Source: Promethearchaeota archaeon (lineage in GTDB: Archaea > Asgardarchaeota > Lokiarchaeia > Sigyniarchaeales > SOKP01). Taken from it: DNA of 64,000 nt. A program made the position numbers and the translations under genes. Position 1 is the first letter of the stretch. Each line of letters opens with the position of its first letter. This document shows, piece by piece, positions 18,980 to 29,554 of this stretch. The notes beneath the pieces are model-generated. The model saw only the letters and a program-made list of their open reading frames with translations, searched no databases and was not told the origin of the DNA. The stretch is taken from the NCBI GenBank assembly GCA_019058445.1, contig JAHPZA010000009.1, forward strand, positions 64,001 to 128,000, given 5' to 3'.

Positions 18980-21172
18980 TTAAGTCATAAGAGAAATCTC
19001 TTTAGGAATAAAGGGAACAATTATTTTCAATTCTATTAACGATTCTATAGCATTTATTACTAAATCTTTATTTTGTTCGCTGACTATGTTAAGTACAGTT
19101 TCTAATTCAAACTTATTTTTATCTTTTGAAATTGAAATAATATTATTAATCACACGAGTTTCCAATTTAGTAAACTTTCTTTCTTTTGATAGTCTCATTA
19201 AATCAAATGTTTTTTGGTTTATTTCAAAAAATTCCTTATAATATAATTCATAGTGGTTATTTACAAATGAAGCAATAAGCTCTTCAAATTCATCAAGTAT
19301 CCCCTTCCAATTTTTTATTTGTTTCGCAAATTGGAGAAATAATTTTGATATAAACAATGCTGTATGATTTTTTAATCTTTCAGATGCTCTCTCATTAAGA
19401 ATTAGGACAACCCTTATCTCTTCTCTTTCCATAATCAAGCATATAAAATGTCTAAAGTCTAATTCATTTAATTTTTCAATGCCAAACTCCTCCTTTAATT
19501 CTATTAAACCATTCTTTTCTATAGATCTTCGGGTAATCTCTTCGCTTATAGTCATGATAGCTTGAATAAAACCTGAAAACATTACTTCCTCCTCCCCTTC
19601 TAAGAATGTATAATTTTTAAAATACATTAAATTCCCGCCCTCCCTATGACTTATTACAATTGCTTGGATATTTTTAATATCTTTATATTTCTGTGTTCTT
19701 TGTAGTAAATATCGCTCCATTTTTCTTTTTCTTGGGGCTAAATAATATGTTCTCAGGCTTATAACTCCTAAAACCCCACTTACAGCAAATAATATACTTA
19801 AGATTATCCAATTAAGCCCTGATTCTTGTATGATTTTATTTGAATCTCCATTTTCATCTGATTCAGGAGTAATTATGACATATGATATATAAAGATAAAC
19901 CTCATCAATCGAAATGTTAATATTCTGATCTAAATGAAATTCATCTGCAATAAAAACTTGAATCGATAAGTTCACAGAGTCTGTAGGAGGTGAAAGATAT
20001 AAATTTATTTCATTAAAGGTGGTGTTAATTTGGCTTAGTTTAATGGTTATTGGATGAAATTGACCATTTAAATGAATTCTAATCTCTGAATTTATAGATA
20101 AAGTGGTTTTGGTCCAATTTTGACTAATTTTATATTTAAAATTTAAGTGTGCTTCTGTACTTAAAACTTTGTAATTTTCAGAACTGAGTTTATTAAGTTC
20201 ATCTCCATTTTGATTCCAGGAAACAGTCGTTAATTGATTAATCTTTTTCTCATAAGTAAAAGTGAAATTCAGATAATTAATTATTAAATCATTAAAAGTA
20301 TCTTCATCAATTCCTGTTGCACTATTATCTTCCGTAAATAATTTCATTCCTAATGTTACAGTAAAATTACAGTGGTCTGTACTTAAAACTGAAGAAAGAT
20401 AAAAGATCAGAACTTCTTGAGGAACAGTTATCATATATGTATCTGATAAAATATCCGTGCCAGGAGGGTTACCCCTGCCTAATTCTTCTGTTTGAAAATA
20501 AGCAATTTCATACACTTTATTTTTTTCCAAATCTGAAACTAAAACGTAAAATCTGACATAATCTCCAACAACATAACTATTCATATAAGTTGTAGGCCAT
20601 CCAGATTTAGCCAAGGTATCTCCAGATCGATCAAGATTTTCATCTACCGAGGCATTAACTCTAGCTTGAATGGATGCAGAAGTGATAATAAAATCTGAAA
20701 TATCAACAGGCATGCTAATATTTTTGTCCCAATGAACACTTGGATTTTGATTGGCTGTCATATCATCGTAAGTATGACGAACCCAACATCCTTCAGAAGT
20801 AATTTCATGATATTGAGTTTTATTTGGAAAATTAGGATTATTTACTTCTGTCCAATTTGAAGCGGTAGGAGGATCTGCAATTAATGAAAAAGTTTTTTTT
20901 TCTCCCAACACCTCGAAATTTGCTACACCCTCTCTAATTGAAGCATTAACATCTTTTTTATCCCCACTAATAGATTTTTTCCATGATGTTTGAGAACTAA
21001 AATCAGAATTGTTTAACCATTGCCTCTTCCCACTTATTTGACCTGAACTGTGGGGAACTTTTTGGCTATATACATCGATCGAGGTTATCATAGTTCCTAC
21101 ATAAACAAAGTGATAATGAAATGTAAAAATAATAAATAATACTATTAAGCCCAGATTTCTCTTATATTTCAA
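18980..21172 (-). CDS. single-pass membrane protein: extracellular beta-rich domain, TM, cytoplasmic longin-like domain and winged-helix-like tail
   Basis: N-terminal hydrophobic segment, many N-x-S/T sequons, TM WIILSILFAVSGVLGVISL, then IQAIVISHREGGNLMY...FSGFIQAI longin-like signature. Confidence 0.75.
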   Translation of the reverse strand: MKYKRNLGLIVLFIIFTFHYHFVYVGTMITSIDVYSQKVPHSSGQISGKRQWLNNSDFSSQTSWKKSISGDKKDVNASIREGVANFEVLGEKKTFSLIADPPTASNWTEVNNPNFPNKTQYHEITSEGCWVRHTYDDMTANQNPSVHWDKNISMPVDISDFIITSASIQARVNASVDENLDRSGDTLAKSGWPTTYMNSYVVGDYVRFYVLVSDLEKNKVYEIAYFQTEELGRGNPPGTDILSDTYMITVPQEVLIFYLSSVLSTDHCNFTVTLGMKLFTEDNSATGIDEDTFNDLIINYLNFTFTYEKKINQLTTVSWNQNGDELNKLSSENYKVLSTEAHLNFKYKISQNWTKTTLSINSEIRIHLNGQFHPITIKLSQINTTFNEINLYLSPPTDSVNLSIQVFIADEFHLDQNINISIDEVYLYISYVIITPESDENGDSNKIIQESGLNWIILSILFAVSGVLGVISLRTYYLAPRKRKMERYLLQRTQKYKDIKNIQAIVISHREGGNLMYFKNYTFLEGEEEVMFSGFIQAIMTISEEITRRSIEKNGLIELKEEFGIEKLNELDFRHFICLIMEREEIRVVLILNERASERLKNHTALFISKLFLQFAKQIKNWKGILDEFEELIASFVNNHYELYYKEFFEINQKTFDLMRLSKERKFTKLETRVINNIISISKDKNKFELETVLNIVSEQNKDLVINAIESLIELKIIVPFIPKEISLMT

Positions 21173-21465
21173 TAAGAACCCTCAGATCTAAATGTAATAT
21201 TAAATTGATACAAAAACCCGTATTTATATGAGTTTATTGAGTTATATTGGAACAAGTAATAATATGGATTTAAACTATTTAATACTTTTTCAATTTATAC
21301 CTTAATGTGGAAAAGTTAGAAAGGTTTTCTCCCATGAAAAAAAGGAAAATTATTACTAATTCTCCTCGATTTTACTCATCTAACACTTTTCTTAATAAAA
21401 ATAATGGATTCAATTATTTACGTAAAAACAAATTTAGATTTAATTTTATTTAGATAAAAAAAAAT

Positions 21466-22191
21466 CTAATTTTTTTTAGATATTCGTTTTTCTATCCATT
21501 CTGGCAAATAAAATCCCCAATAGAACTCTATAGTACTAGTTAAGACTAATAATCTCATTATGACTACCGTGGCGATATGAATCGGTAATATAGCATCTAC
21601 GAGACCACCTACCGCATAGGTTAAGAATGCTAAAATAAGCAATTTTCCTTTTAGCTTATTTTCAGGCTTTTCTGACCTTAGAGACTCTCGAGCAAATAGA
21701 ATTCCCGTCATTTCAAGAATAACTATTAAAAAGAGAATATAAAAAAGAACAAAACTTTTATATTCTACATTGACAGGCCCAGTTAATTCTCCGATTTGAG
21801 AAGGATCAGCAAATAGAAAATAGAAGAAAATGGATTCAAAAATAACAGCTGTAATGGAAAATAATAAAAGAATCATTTTCTGCTTGTCTTTATATAAAAA
21901 CTCCGTAAATGCGGTTAACCACACAATCATAAAGAATGGAAGTAAAGAAATTCCAAGGATAAAATAAAGTTCAGGATTAAGTGGTGCGCCTGTTGTTAGA
22001 ACCAATATAAAGGAGACACTAGATGGATACCACGGAGTAACTACTCCAATCCATGTGACTCCCACAAGTACGAATGTTTTTTGCCTATATTCAAAATATT
22101 TTGAAGCTATTTTTAATCCTACAATTATTGAGATAATAACAATAATGATACTAAACAAGCCAGATATAAACTCAACCGTTGATAATTCCAT
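21466..22191 (-). CDS. stand-alone 7-TM membrane protein (paralog of 60461-61165)
   Basis: Seven hydrophobic segments; shares SKYF, DPS.I, LKGK, EFY.GF.LP with the paralog. Confidence 0.85.
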   Translation of the reverse strand: MELSTVEFISGLFSIIIVIISIIVGLKIASKYFEYRQKTFVLVGVTWIGVVTPWYPSSVSFILVLTTGAPLNPELYFILGISLLPFFMIVWLTAFTEFLYKDKQKMILLLFSITAVIFESIFFYFLFADPSQIGELTGPVNVEYKSFVLFYILFLIVILEMTGILFARESLRSEKPENKLKGKLLILAFLTYAVGGLVDAILPIHIATVVIMRLLVLTSTIEFYWGFYLPEWIEKRISKKN

Positions 22192-22406
22192 AAAATCCCC
22201 TTTTATTTTGATAAATTTTTTTCTAACTCAAATATAGTAGAAAATATATATAAAGCTTTTCAATAAGAGTGAGGATCTTTTTATTACAATAGTATTTTTC
22301 AATCCTCTCATATCTTCTATAAATTATAAGATAAAAAAATTAATTATCTTAAAATATTAAAGTAATTAGATTAATACCATTTAACATATTAAAATTAAGA
22401 CGAATT

Positions 22407-22781
22407 ATGACAGAAAAACAAAAAGAAGATTTAAGGTTAGAAATCCCTAGCTATGCGTGGATCTCCTTAGCTCGAAGAGGCATGGAAAAAATAAGCCTTG
22501 ATCAATGCTTCCTAAAAAACTGTGATAATGAGGACCCAAAATTGTTAGAACCTTTCGAGAAGAAAGAGTTTGAAGAGGAAAATAAGCATATTAAAATCAT
22601 TTCAATTAAATGCAAAAAATGCAATGGAATTTTTAAATTCAAATTAGAAACTCTTAAAAAAGTAGCGAAACCTACAATAAAGAGTAAAGGTGAAGATGAT
22701 GATGAGGGCGCATTATCTATGGGAATTGTTTATGCTTTAGATGAAAATGATAACAATTTAGGGCATATTGGTTATTTTTAA
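22407..22781 (+). CDS. hypothetical protein, possible Zn-binding (Cx4C...CxxC)
   Basis: CFLKNC and CKKC. Confidence 0.75.
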   Translation: MTEKQKEDLRLEIPSYAWISLARRGMEKISLDQCFLKNCDNEDPKLLEPFEKKEFEEENKHIKIISIKCKKCNGIFKFKLETLKKVAKPTIKSKGEDDDEGALSMGIVYALDENDNNLGHIGYF

Positions 22782-22932
22782 TTATTCTAATCAATAATTC
22801 TATTCTTTTTTTAATTTTTAAAGAGAATTATTGTGTTGTATATCTAAAGAAAACAATTCTTAATATCACTTAAATTTCTTTTAAAAAGGAGGAATAGAAA
22901 AATTAATAACTAGTAATTAATGGGAATTAGTA

Positions 22933-23706
22933 ATGAAAGAAATAGATTATGATCAATTTAGCCAAATATACGATTTAAGTAGAGGGACTAATCCTAAGAC
23001 CGTTAATGATTTGGTTAAATTTACTCATATAGATCAAAATTCATTGCTTCTTGATATGGGATGTGGTACGGGCAACTATACAAATGTATTAAAACCGTTT
23101 GTAAAGAATATTATCGGGTTGGATCTTTCTATAGGCATGATTAAGAAAGCAAAAAATAAATATCCAAATTTAGAATATACAAATAGTAATATCTTATGGA
23201 TTCCTTTCCGTTCGGAAGTTTTTAATGGATTATATCTCATTCAAGTCATTCATCACATATCAAATAAATTAGACCTATTTAAAGAAGCATACCGAGTGCT
23301 TAAAAAAAATGGATATATAGCAATACATACTTGTTCTCACGATCAAATTAATACATATTGGTATACCTATTATTTTCCTGAAGGATTAAAAGCGGAACTA
23401 AAACGATTTCTTGAGATAAAAGACTTAATTTATCTACTTAAAAAGACGGGATTTTCAAAAATAGGAGTAAAGATTTGCTATTATGATACGGTTATTTTGA
23501 ATCAATCCCCAAAAAATTATTTAGACAAAAACTTTCGGAATGGAGATTCTTTCTTTTCATTAATGGAAGAGGATGAAATAGAAGCAGGATGTAAAAAACT
23601 ACAAGATGACATAAAATCCGGTGTTATTAATAAAATCCTGGAAGAATATAAGGAAAGAGTAACCTTGTACGGAGGATCTCTAATTATTTATGGTCAAAAG
23701 CTATAA
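22933..23706 (+). CDS. class I SAM-dependent methyltransferase
   Basis: LLDMGCGTG, GLDLS, YRVLKKNG. Confidence 0.9.
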   Translation: MKEIDYDQFSQIYDLSRGTNPKTVNDLVKFTHIDQNSLLLDMGCGTGNYTNVLKPFVKNIIGLDLSIGMIKKAKNKYPNLEYTNSNILWIPFRSEVFNGLYLIQVIHHISNKLDLFKEAYRVLKKNGYIAIHTCSHDQINTYWYTYYFPEGLKAELKRFLEIKDLIYLLKKTGFSKIGVKICYYDTVILNQSPKNYLDKNFRNGDSFFSLMEEDEIEAGCKKLQDDIKSGVINKILEEYKERVTLYGGSLIIYGQKL

Positions 23707-23771
23707 GAGATTAATCTTTAATAAATTTAGAAATTATATTGATTCTACTAAAAAACTGATGATGATTGTTT

Positions 23772-24416
23772 TTATCTAGGAATAAGTTCTATTAAACTTT
23801 CAGGACAGCTGGTAACACAAAGACCGCAACCAAAACATAAATCTTGCTTAAAAACAATATTATTGTTAGAGTCTAATACTCTTGCTCCAAAGTGACATCG
23901 ATCGACACAAACCCCACATTGTTTACATGATTTTTGGTTGAAAGTTGCAACAAACTCGCTTTTTTTTACCAATCCTTTCATATTCATCAATTTAAGTCCT
24001 TGGAGCGCTTGGCAACAACAACTACAACAGCTACAAATTTCAAGGGGGAATTGATCTGTATTATTCGATTGATGCATCGCTAAATGGACTAGTCCTCGTT
24101 CATGAGTCTCAGAAACAATGGCCATTGCCTCTTTAATAGTAATATATTTTGCCCTTCCACTCTTAACAAATATTTCAGCCCTTTTATTAAGTAAGATACA
24201 GGTATTTCGCGGCATGCTACAATTTTGAAGACTCGTTCGACAAACACAATCTCCCAGAGCAATTTTTTCAGCCTGCAATAGAATTTGAGTAGCTCTAGTT
24301 AGATCGAGTGCAAATTGTCTATTTTCAATAGAAATATTCACAGGAATGGTAATAGCCTGCCATTTTTTTTTGAAATTAAGAAGTTTCGTCTCCGACCATC
24401 TTTTAAACTCATTCAT
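23772..24416 (-). CDS. 4Fe-4S binding protein (ferredoxin-like)
   Basis: CVCR, ICSCCSCCC, CKQCGVCVDRC, CFGCGLCVTSCP; SD GGAGG. Confidence 0.9.
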   Translation of the reverse strand: MNEFKRWSETKLLNFKKKWQAITIPVNISIENRQFALDLTRATQILLQAEKIALGDCVCRTSLQNCSMPRNTCILLNKRAEIFVKSGRAKYITIKEAMAIVSETHERGLVHLAMHQSNNTDQFPLEICSCCSCCCQALQGLKLMNMKGLVKKSEFVATFNQKSCKQCGVCVDRCHFGARVLDSNNNIVFKQDLCFGCGLCVTSCPESLIELIPR

Positions 24417-24753
24417 TTAGGGATCATCCTCCTATTTTAAATTGACTATGTTACATCTAATAAGTATGTTATGACGTTCTTTAGCAATGGGATTTCTTTA
24501 TACTGTATATGAATGTAATAACAATTTAAGGCATATGGGTTGTTTTTAGATGTTTTAATTATATTTTCTGAATTTAATTTAGCTAATTCTATTTTTCTTG
24601 ATTATTATAATTATTTTAAGAAATATAATTTTAGCTTATAATTCATTATCATTAACTGCCTTAAACTAGTACGTAAACAAGAAGTGAAAGATAAAAAATA
24701 AAAATGCAAATTTCTTCTTATTTAATATTGATTATCCTAAGAGGATCGCCCAA

Positions 24754-26475
24754 ATGCCGACAAAATTAGGAGAAGAAGATTTATTACGGAAAAAAGTCTG
24801 GAAAATAATTAATTTAATCCAAGCGAATCAACTTTTCGTACATTCTCAAAATTTGATAATACAATATATAGACGAGAAAAATAAGCTTCAGACTAAAACT
24901 TTACCAGAGATTTTAAGTTTATGTGTATTAAATGCATTAGTACCCAATTCTGCCATGCTATTAATCGGTGGCCACGGAGGTGGAAAAACGACCCTCGTTA
25001 AATTGCTAGGCAGAATGTTTACCGCAAATTCACTAAGTGAGATAGAAAACTCTATTATCCGGGGACATCCACAACTTACAGAGGAAAAATTAGTAGGTAC
25101 GCTTAAATTGGGAAAATTAATGCATGAAGGGGAAGAAGAAGTTGTATGGCGGCAATTTGTCACAAATTTTTGGAAAATAATTGATGAAGTTAATCGATTA
25201 ACTCCCTATGCTCAAGATATATTATTATCTTTATTGGCAGAGGGTACTGTGAAATATTACGATTCAATTACCACAATAAGTAAATACTGTCTCTTTGCTA
25301 CCATTAATCCACAAGATGTTGGAACTTTTGAATTGAGCAATCCCTTCAAAGATCGCTATGGGATATCCGTTCCTATCTCTATGCCAGCTAGTCAAGATTT
25401 GCAATTAATACTTAGTGGGAAAGATGAGAAATATAGTGGATGGGATGAGCTTATCCAAGTACCAAAAGTTTTGACCATCGATGAATTAATGGAAATTTGG
25501 TATCATGTAAATAAGGTTCGCTATGAAAGCGACGTGAATAATTATATCCATGCCATCATTAGAGAATTTACGTTATGTGCAAGAATTAACAAGGGTAATA
25601 CTGAAGATTTAAAACCAAGTACAGGGCTCTGCTCAGGGTGCCATTTTAATACCGCTCAAAATATTTGTAATAAGATAGATTCAATTCTCTCAGTTAGAGT
25701 TGCGAAGGATCTTTTAAGGTATTCAAAAGCATTAGCTTGGCTAATGGGCTTAGATAAAATTGATATTAACATTGTCAATACCATTGCACCTTATGTGATA
25801 TCTCATAGAGTTAGTTATGTAAAAAGAGACCTCGAAAATGCTCCATACTGGGGAAATAAGTATGAATTTAGCAAAAATATTTTAAGTTTAATCCAAAAAA
25901 GATTTAAAACACGAGAAATTTGTTATCAAATCGCAGAACGATTTCGAAATGGGATTCCCAAGCAAGCAGATTTAGCTGAGCTAAAAAAGTATCAAAAAAG
26001 CGATTTAATTGTAAAATATGATTTATTTCCATTCATAGAATCTATTAAGGACAAAGATTATTCTAATTTAGCACAAAAGATCAATGATGCAAGCAAAAAG
26101 GGTAATATTGAAGAATTATCAAAAATTAGGAATAATTTATTAGAAGATCTTGATTTTCCAAATCGAGCTGATTTAATAAATAAATGCAATTTAGAATTAT
26201 ACAAGCAGACCGTAACAGATTTTGTATTTAAATATCGTGATAATAAAGAAATATGGGCGGATATTGCATCTGAATTTTCAAATTTGGATGGACCTATTAA
26301 GGAAGCTTTTAGTAGAAGACAAACGAAACAAATCAGATCTGAAGACTTATTGTTAGAAATTAACGTGACTGGCACTGATGATGATTCTATAGTGAATATG
26401 CAAATATCGGGAGGTTCAGAAGCTTTAAGATTAATAAAAGTTCTGGAAAATAAAGAGTATATTCAAGAGGAATGA
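24754..26475 (+). CDS. MoxR-family AAA+ ATPase
   Basis: Walker A GGHGGGKT, Walker B IIDEVNR, ATINP, sensor-2 SVR. Confidence 0.88.
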   Translation: MPTKLGEEDLLRKKVWKIINLIQANQLFVHSQNLIIQYIDEKNKLQTKTLPEILSLCVLNALVPNSAMLLIGGHGGGKTTLVKLLGRMFTANSLSEIENSIIRGHPQLTEEKLVGTLKLGKLMHEGEEEVVWRQFVTNFWKIIDEVNRLTPYAQDILLSLLAEGTVKYYDSITTISKYCLFATINPQDVGTFELSNPFKDRYGISVPISMPASQDLQLILSGKDEKYSGWDELIQVPKVLTIDELMEIWYHVNKVRYESDVNNYIHAIIREFTLCARINKGNTEDLKPSTGLCSGCHFNTAQNICNKIDSILSVRVAKDLLRYSKALAWLMGLDKIDINIVNTIAPYVISHRVSYVKRDLENAPYWGNKYEFSKNILSLIQKRFKTREICYQIAERFRNGIPKQADLAELKKYQKSDLIVKYDLFPFIESIKDKDYSNLAQKINDASKKGNIEELSKIRNNLLEDLDFPNRADLINKCNLELYKQTVTDFVFKYRDNKEIWADIASEFSNLDGPIKEAFSRRQTKQIRSEDLLLEINVTGTDDDSIVNMQISGGSEALRLIKVLENKEYIQEE

Positions 26476-26691
26476 TAATCTAGGTTCCTTTTTAAATCAA
26501 TGAATTATAAAGAATAAGTCTTTTAGTAAATCACCTTTTTTTTTATAACCAATTATTGGACTCTATAAATCTTATATTTTAAGGAGTGATATTAATACAA
26601 TAGTGCTTTCAGTCTTTAAGATTTACCAGAACACATTAAAAAGAACAAATATTTTTAATAAGTTAATAATTAAGTTTAAATTTTGATTAAA

Positions 26692-27732
26692 ATGGCAGTT
26701 TATACTAATGTTAGAAATAAATTTCAATTATCTACAAAAATTGAGAATAAATATAAAATTATTTCAGAAAAGGTGTTACAGTTAATTTCCTATTTTGATT
26801 CATTTGATTATCCTATTACTTTTGATGAGATTGTTTCTTTATTAAACTTTGAAAAAAACAGGATATGGATTGCTCTAAATGATTTGAGCTACCAGCAAAT
26901 CATATCTCATAAGTATAATTATTATTTTATTCCAGGTAAAGAATGGACGATTGGAGAAAGAAATAATTCGATGAATTTATTTCTTCAAAATCTACATAAA
27001 ATCATAAAATCTGGATGGATTTTATCTCATCTTCCATTTGTGAGAGGTTTACTTTTAACAGGCTCTGCTTCTAAGGAAATCATGGAAAAAAATGATGATT
27101 TTGATTTTTTAGTAATTGCTGAACCAAATCACATTTGGTTATGCCGATTAATTATTGAGATGTTTCGGAAACTTATTTCTAAAAATTTTAAATTCAAAAA
27201 TTATCGATACTTTGATTGCAATTATATTATTAGTCAAAAAAATCTCACAATTAAAGACCAGAATGAATTTACTGCTATTGAAATCTTTTTTGCTAAACCA
27301 ATTTTTAGTTATAGTAATTATAAAATGTTTATTGAACAAAATAAATGGATAAAGAAATTCTTTAAATTACCAAAAAGAAATAAATCAATTCCCTTAGTTA
27401 AACATCGAATTCAATTAGTTCAAAGTATAACTGAAAAGCTAATCAAGATATTTTTAACATTTTTTTATAGAAATAATAGATTGGAAAAATATCTTTATCT
27501 ATGTTATTATAATAAGAGTTTAAAAAGAAATAATGTTTCTTGTTTGGATGATTATAAAAAACACAAATCACTGACTCAGATTAAGAATTCGAATAATACA
27601 CAGCCTTTTATGTTACAATTGTTTAGACATTATAAAAAAAATGAATCTAGAAACAAATTGAAGACTAAGTTAATAAGAAAGCTACTTGTCCAACAAGGTA
27701 ATAATTCAATAATTGATTTTAATGAGATTTAA
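26692..27732 (+). CDS. Pol-beta-type nucleotidyltransferase-domain protein with N-terminal wHTH-like segment
   Basis: LPFVRGLLLTGSAS...DDFDFLVI; YFDSFDYPIT N-terminus; very AT-rich. Confidence 0.7.
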   Translation: MAVYTNVRNKFQLSTKIENKYKIISEKVLQLISYFDSFDYPITFDEIVSLLNFEKNRIWIALNDLSYQQIISHKYNYYFIPGKEWTIGERNNSMNLFLQNLHKIIKSGWILSHLPFVRGLLLTGSASKEIMEKNDDFDFLVIAEPNHIWLCRLIIEMFRKLISKNFKFKNYRYFDCNYIISQKNLTIKDQNEFTAIEIFFAKPIFSYSNYKMFIEQNKWIKKFFKLPKRNKSIPLVKHRIQLVQSITEKLIKIFLTFFYRNNRLEKYLYLCYYNKSLKRNNVSCLDDYKKHKSLTQIKNSNNTQPFMLQLFRHYKKNESRNKLKTKLIRKLLVQQGNNSIIDFNEI

Positions 27733-27821
27733 ACCTATATTATTGAATTTTTTGAAAATTTATTATTAAAACACCGTAAATAGAATAAAAAATATTAGAT
27801 TAAAAGGAGCAAATATTAATA

Positions 27822-29174
27822 ATGTCAAAAATTGGAAAAATCTTTTGGTTGCTGGTCTATTTCCTCAGTCCTTTAATAACTATTTTGCTGTTTTATTTAA
27901 TAACACCAAATTTTTATCATACCCCTCTACATTTATTAGCAACTGGGTTCGCAATCGCCGCATTTGTGTGGTTAACATATGAATTCATTCTAACAGCAAG
28001 ACCTAAATTTATTGATAAAAATTTTGGTATGGATAATGTAATTAATTTTCATACGATTATGTCTATTGTTGCTTTAATGTTCGGAATCATTCACGGAATT
28101 ATTATTATTAATATAAGACGAGCCAATATTACTCAAATTGGAACTGGAGTTATTCATGTAATATTATATATTCTCCTTATGATATTGGGTCTAATTTTTT
28201 TGAGTAATACTATTTTGCTAAAAATCAATCCACTCCAAAAATTACGCGAAAAAACAATCAAGAAAAAATCAATGAAATATCATATTGCTAAAATTATCCA
28301 TAATATAACGATGATTGCAACTATTGTATTATATCTACATCTAATTGTTGCTACGGCTACGACCTATTCATTATTACTACAATTTGTATATACAGTGCAT
28401 TTTGCTTTAGCTATTATTTTTTGGGTGAATCATAAATTTATTAGAGCTTATCGCATACGAAAAGATCCTTATGTCGCAACAGAAGTGATCCAAGAGTCAT
28501 CTATAATATGGTCCTTAAAAATTTCACCAGAAAATGGTGAAATTATAAAATTTGAACCAGGACAGTATGTTTATCTTACAATTATTGGAAAAAATATCAC
28601 AAAAGAACCCCATCCTTTTACGATCTCATCGAGTCCAAATCAAAAGAAATATTTAATACTAACAATCAAAGAGTCAGGTGACTATACCTCAAATATTGGT
28701 CGAGTTAATTTAGGTGATAAAGCATATATAGATGGACCATATGGAATATTTAAACCACTAGACTCTAAATCTAATGAGCTAGTTTTTATAGCAGGAGGAG
28801 TCGGGATTACACCATTTTTAAGTGTTTTTAGATATCTAAGAGATATTAATCAAAACCGCAAGATTACGCTAATTTGGGGAGTTCGATTTCAGGAAGAAAT
28901 GATTCTTACTCAAGAAATTGAAGATCTTAAAAATTCGATGCCGAATTTAAGAGTTATTCCCGTTCTTTCAGAAGATGATAATTGGTTAGGGGAATGTGGA
29001 TTTATTAATAGAGATAAACTTGATAAATATTCGGCATGTGAGACTCCTTATGAAGCTGAGCAAAAAAAGGATTATTATATTTGCGGTCCTAAGGCTATGT
29101 CAGATAAAATCGTTCCTACTCTTAAAAAAATGGGAGTCCTCAAAAAATATATTCATATTGAAAGATTTGGTTAA
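27822..29174 (+). CDS. ferric reductase-like membrane flavocytochrome (FNR-type FAD/NAD domain)
   Basis: 6 TMs with paired His; HPFTISS, GPYG, IAGGVGITPF, YICGP, ERFG. Confidence 0.9.
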   Translation: MSKIGKIFWLLVYFLSPLITILLFYLITPNFYHTPLHLLATGFAIAAFVWLTYEFILTARPKFIDKNFGMDNVINFHTIMSIVALMFGIIHGIIIINIRRANITQIGTGVIHVILYILLMILGLIFLSNTILLKINPLQKLREKTIKKKSMKYHIAKIIHNITMIATIVLYLHLIVATATTYSLLLQFVYTVHFALAIIFWVNHKFIRAYRIRKDPYVATEVIQESSIIWSLKISPENGEIIKFEPGQYVYLTIIGKNITKEPHPFTISSSPNQKKYLILTIKESGDYTSNIGRVNLGDKAYIDGPYGIFKPLDSKSNELVFIAGGVGITPFLSVFRYLRDINQNRKITLIWGVRFQEEMILTQEIEDLKNSMPNLRVIPVLSEDDNWLGECGFINRDKLDKYSACETPYEAEQKKDYYICGPKAMSDKIVPTLKKMGVLKKYIHIERFG

Positions 29175-29554
29175 AATTTTTAAATTTTTTCTAATATTTA
29201 CATTTAATGACTAATATCTATTATTTAATTAAGTTACAAGTATTTTAAAGGTCAATACACATTTTTTTTAAAAGATTTTACTAAGCTCAAAAAGAAAAAT
29301 GGAATGAATATAAGAAAGTTTTTTTCTATATCAATTGAAAACTTTGATATTAAAATTATAAATTGATAAGTTAAAAATATAGATTATATTAAACCTAAGG
29401 ATAAGCTACTTATATTATTTTAAATAAAATCATCTTTTGAGCAAAAAAAAAAAATAAGAAGAGAATAAAAATAAATAATTAAAAAATACATATTTTGATA
29501 TAATTTAATATTCAAGCTTTTTAAAATTAAAGAAAGAATTTACATTAAAGAATA

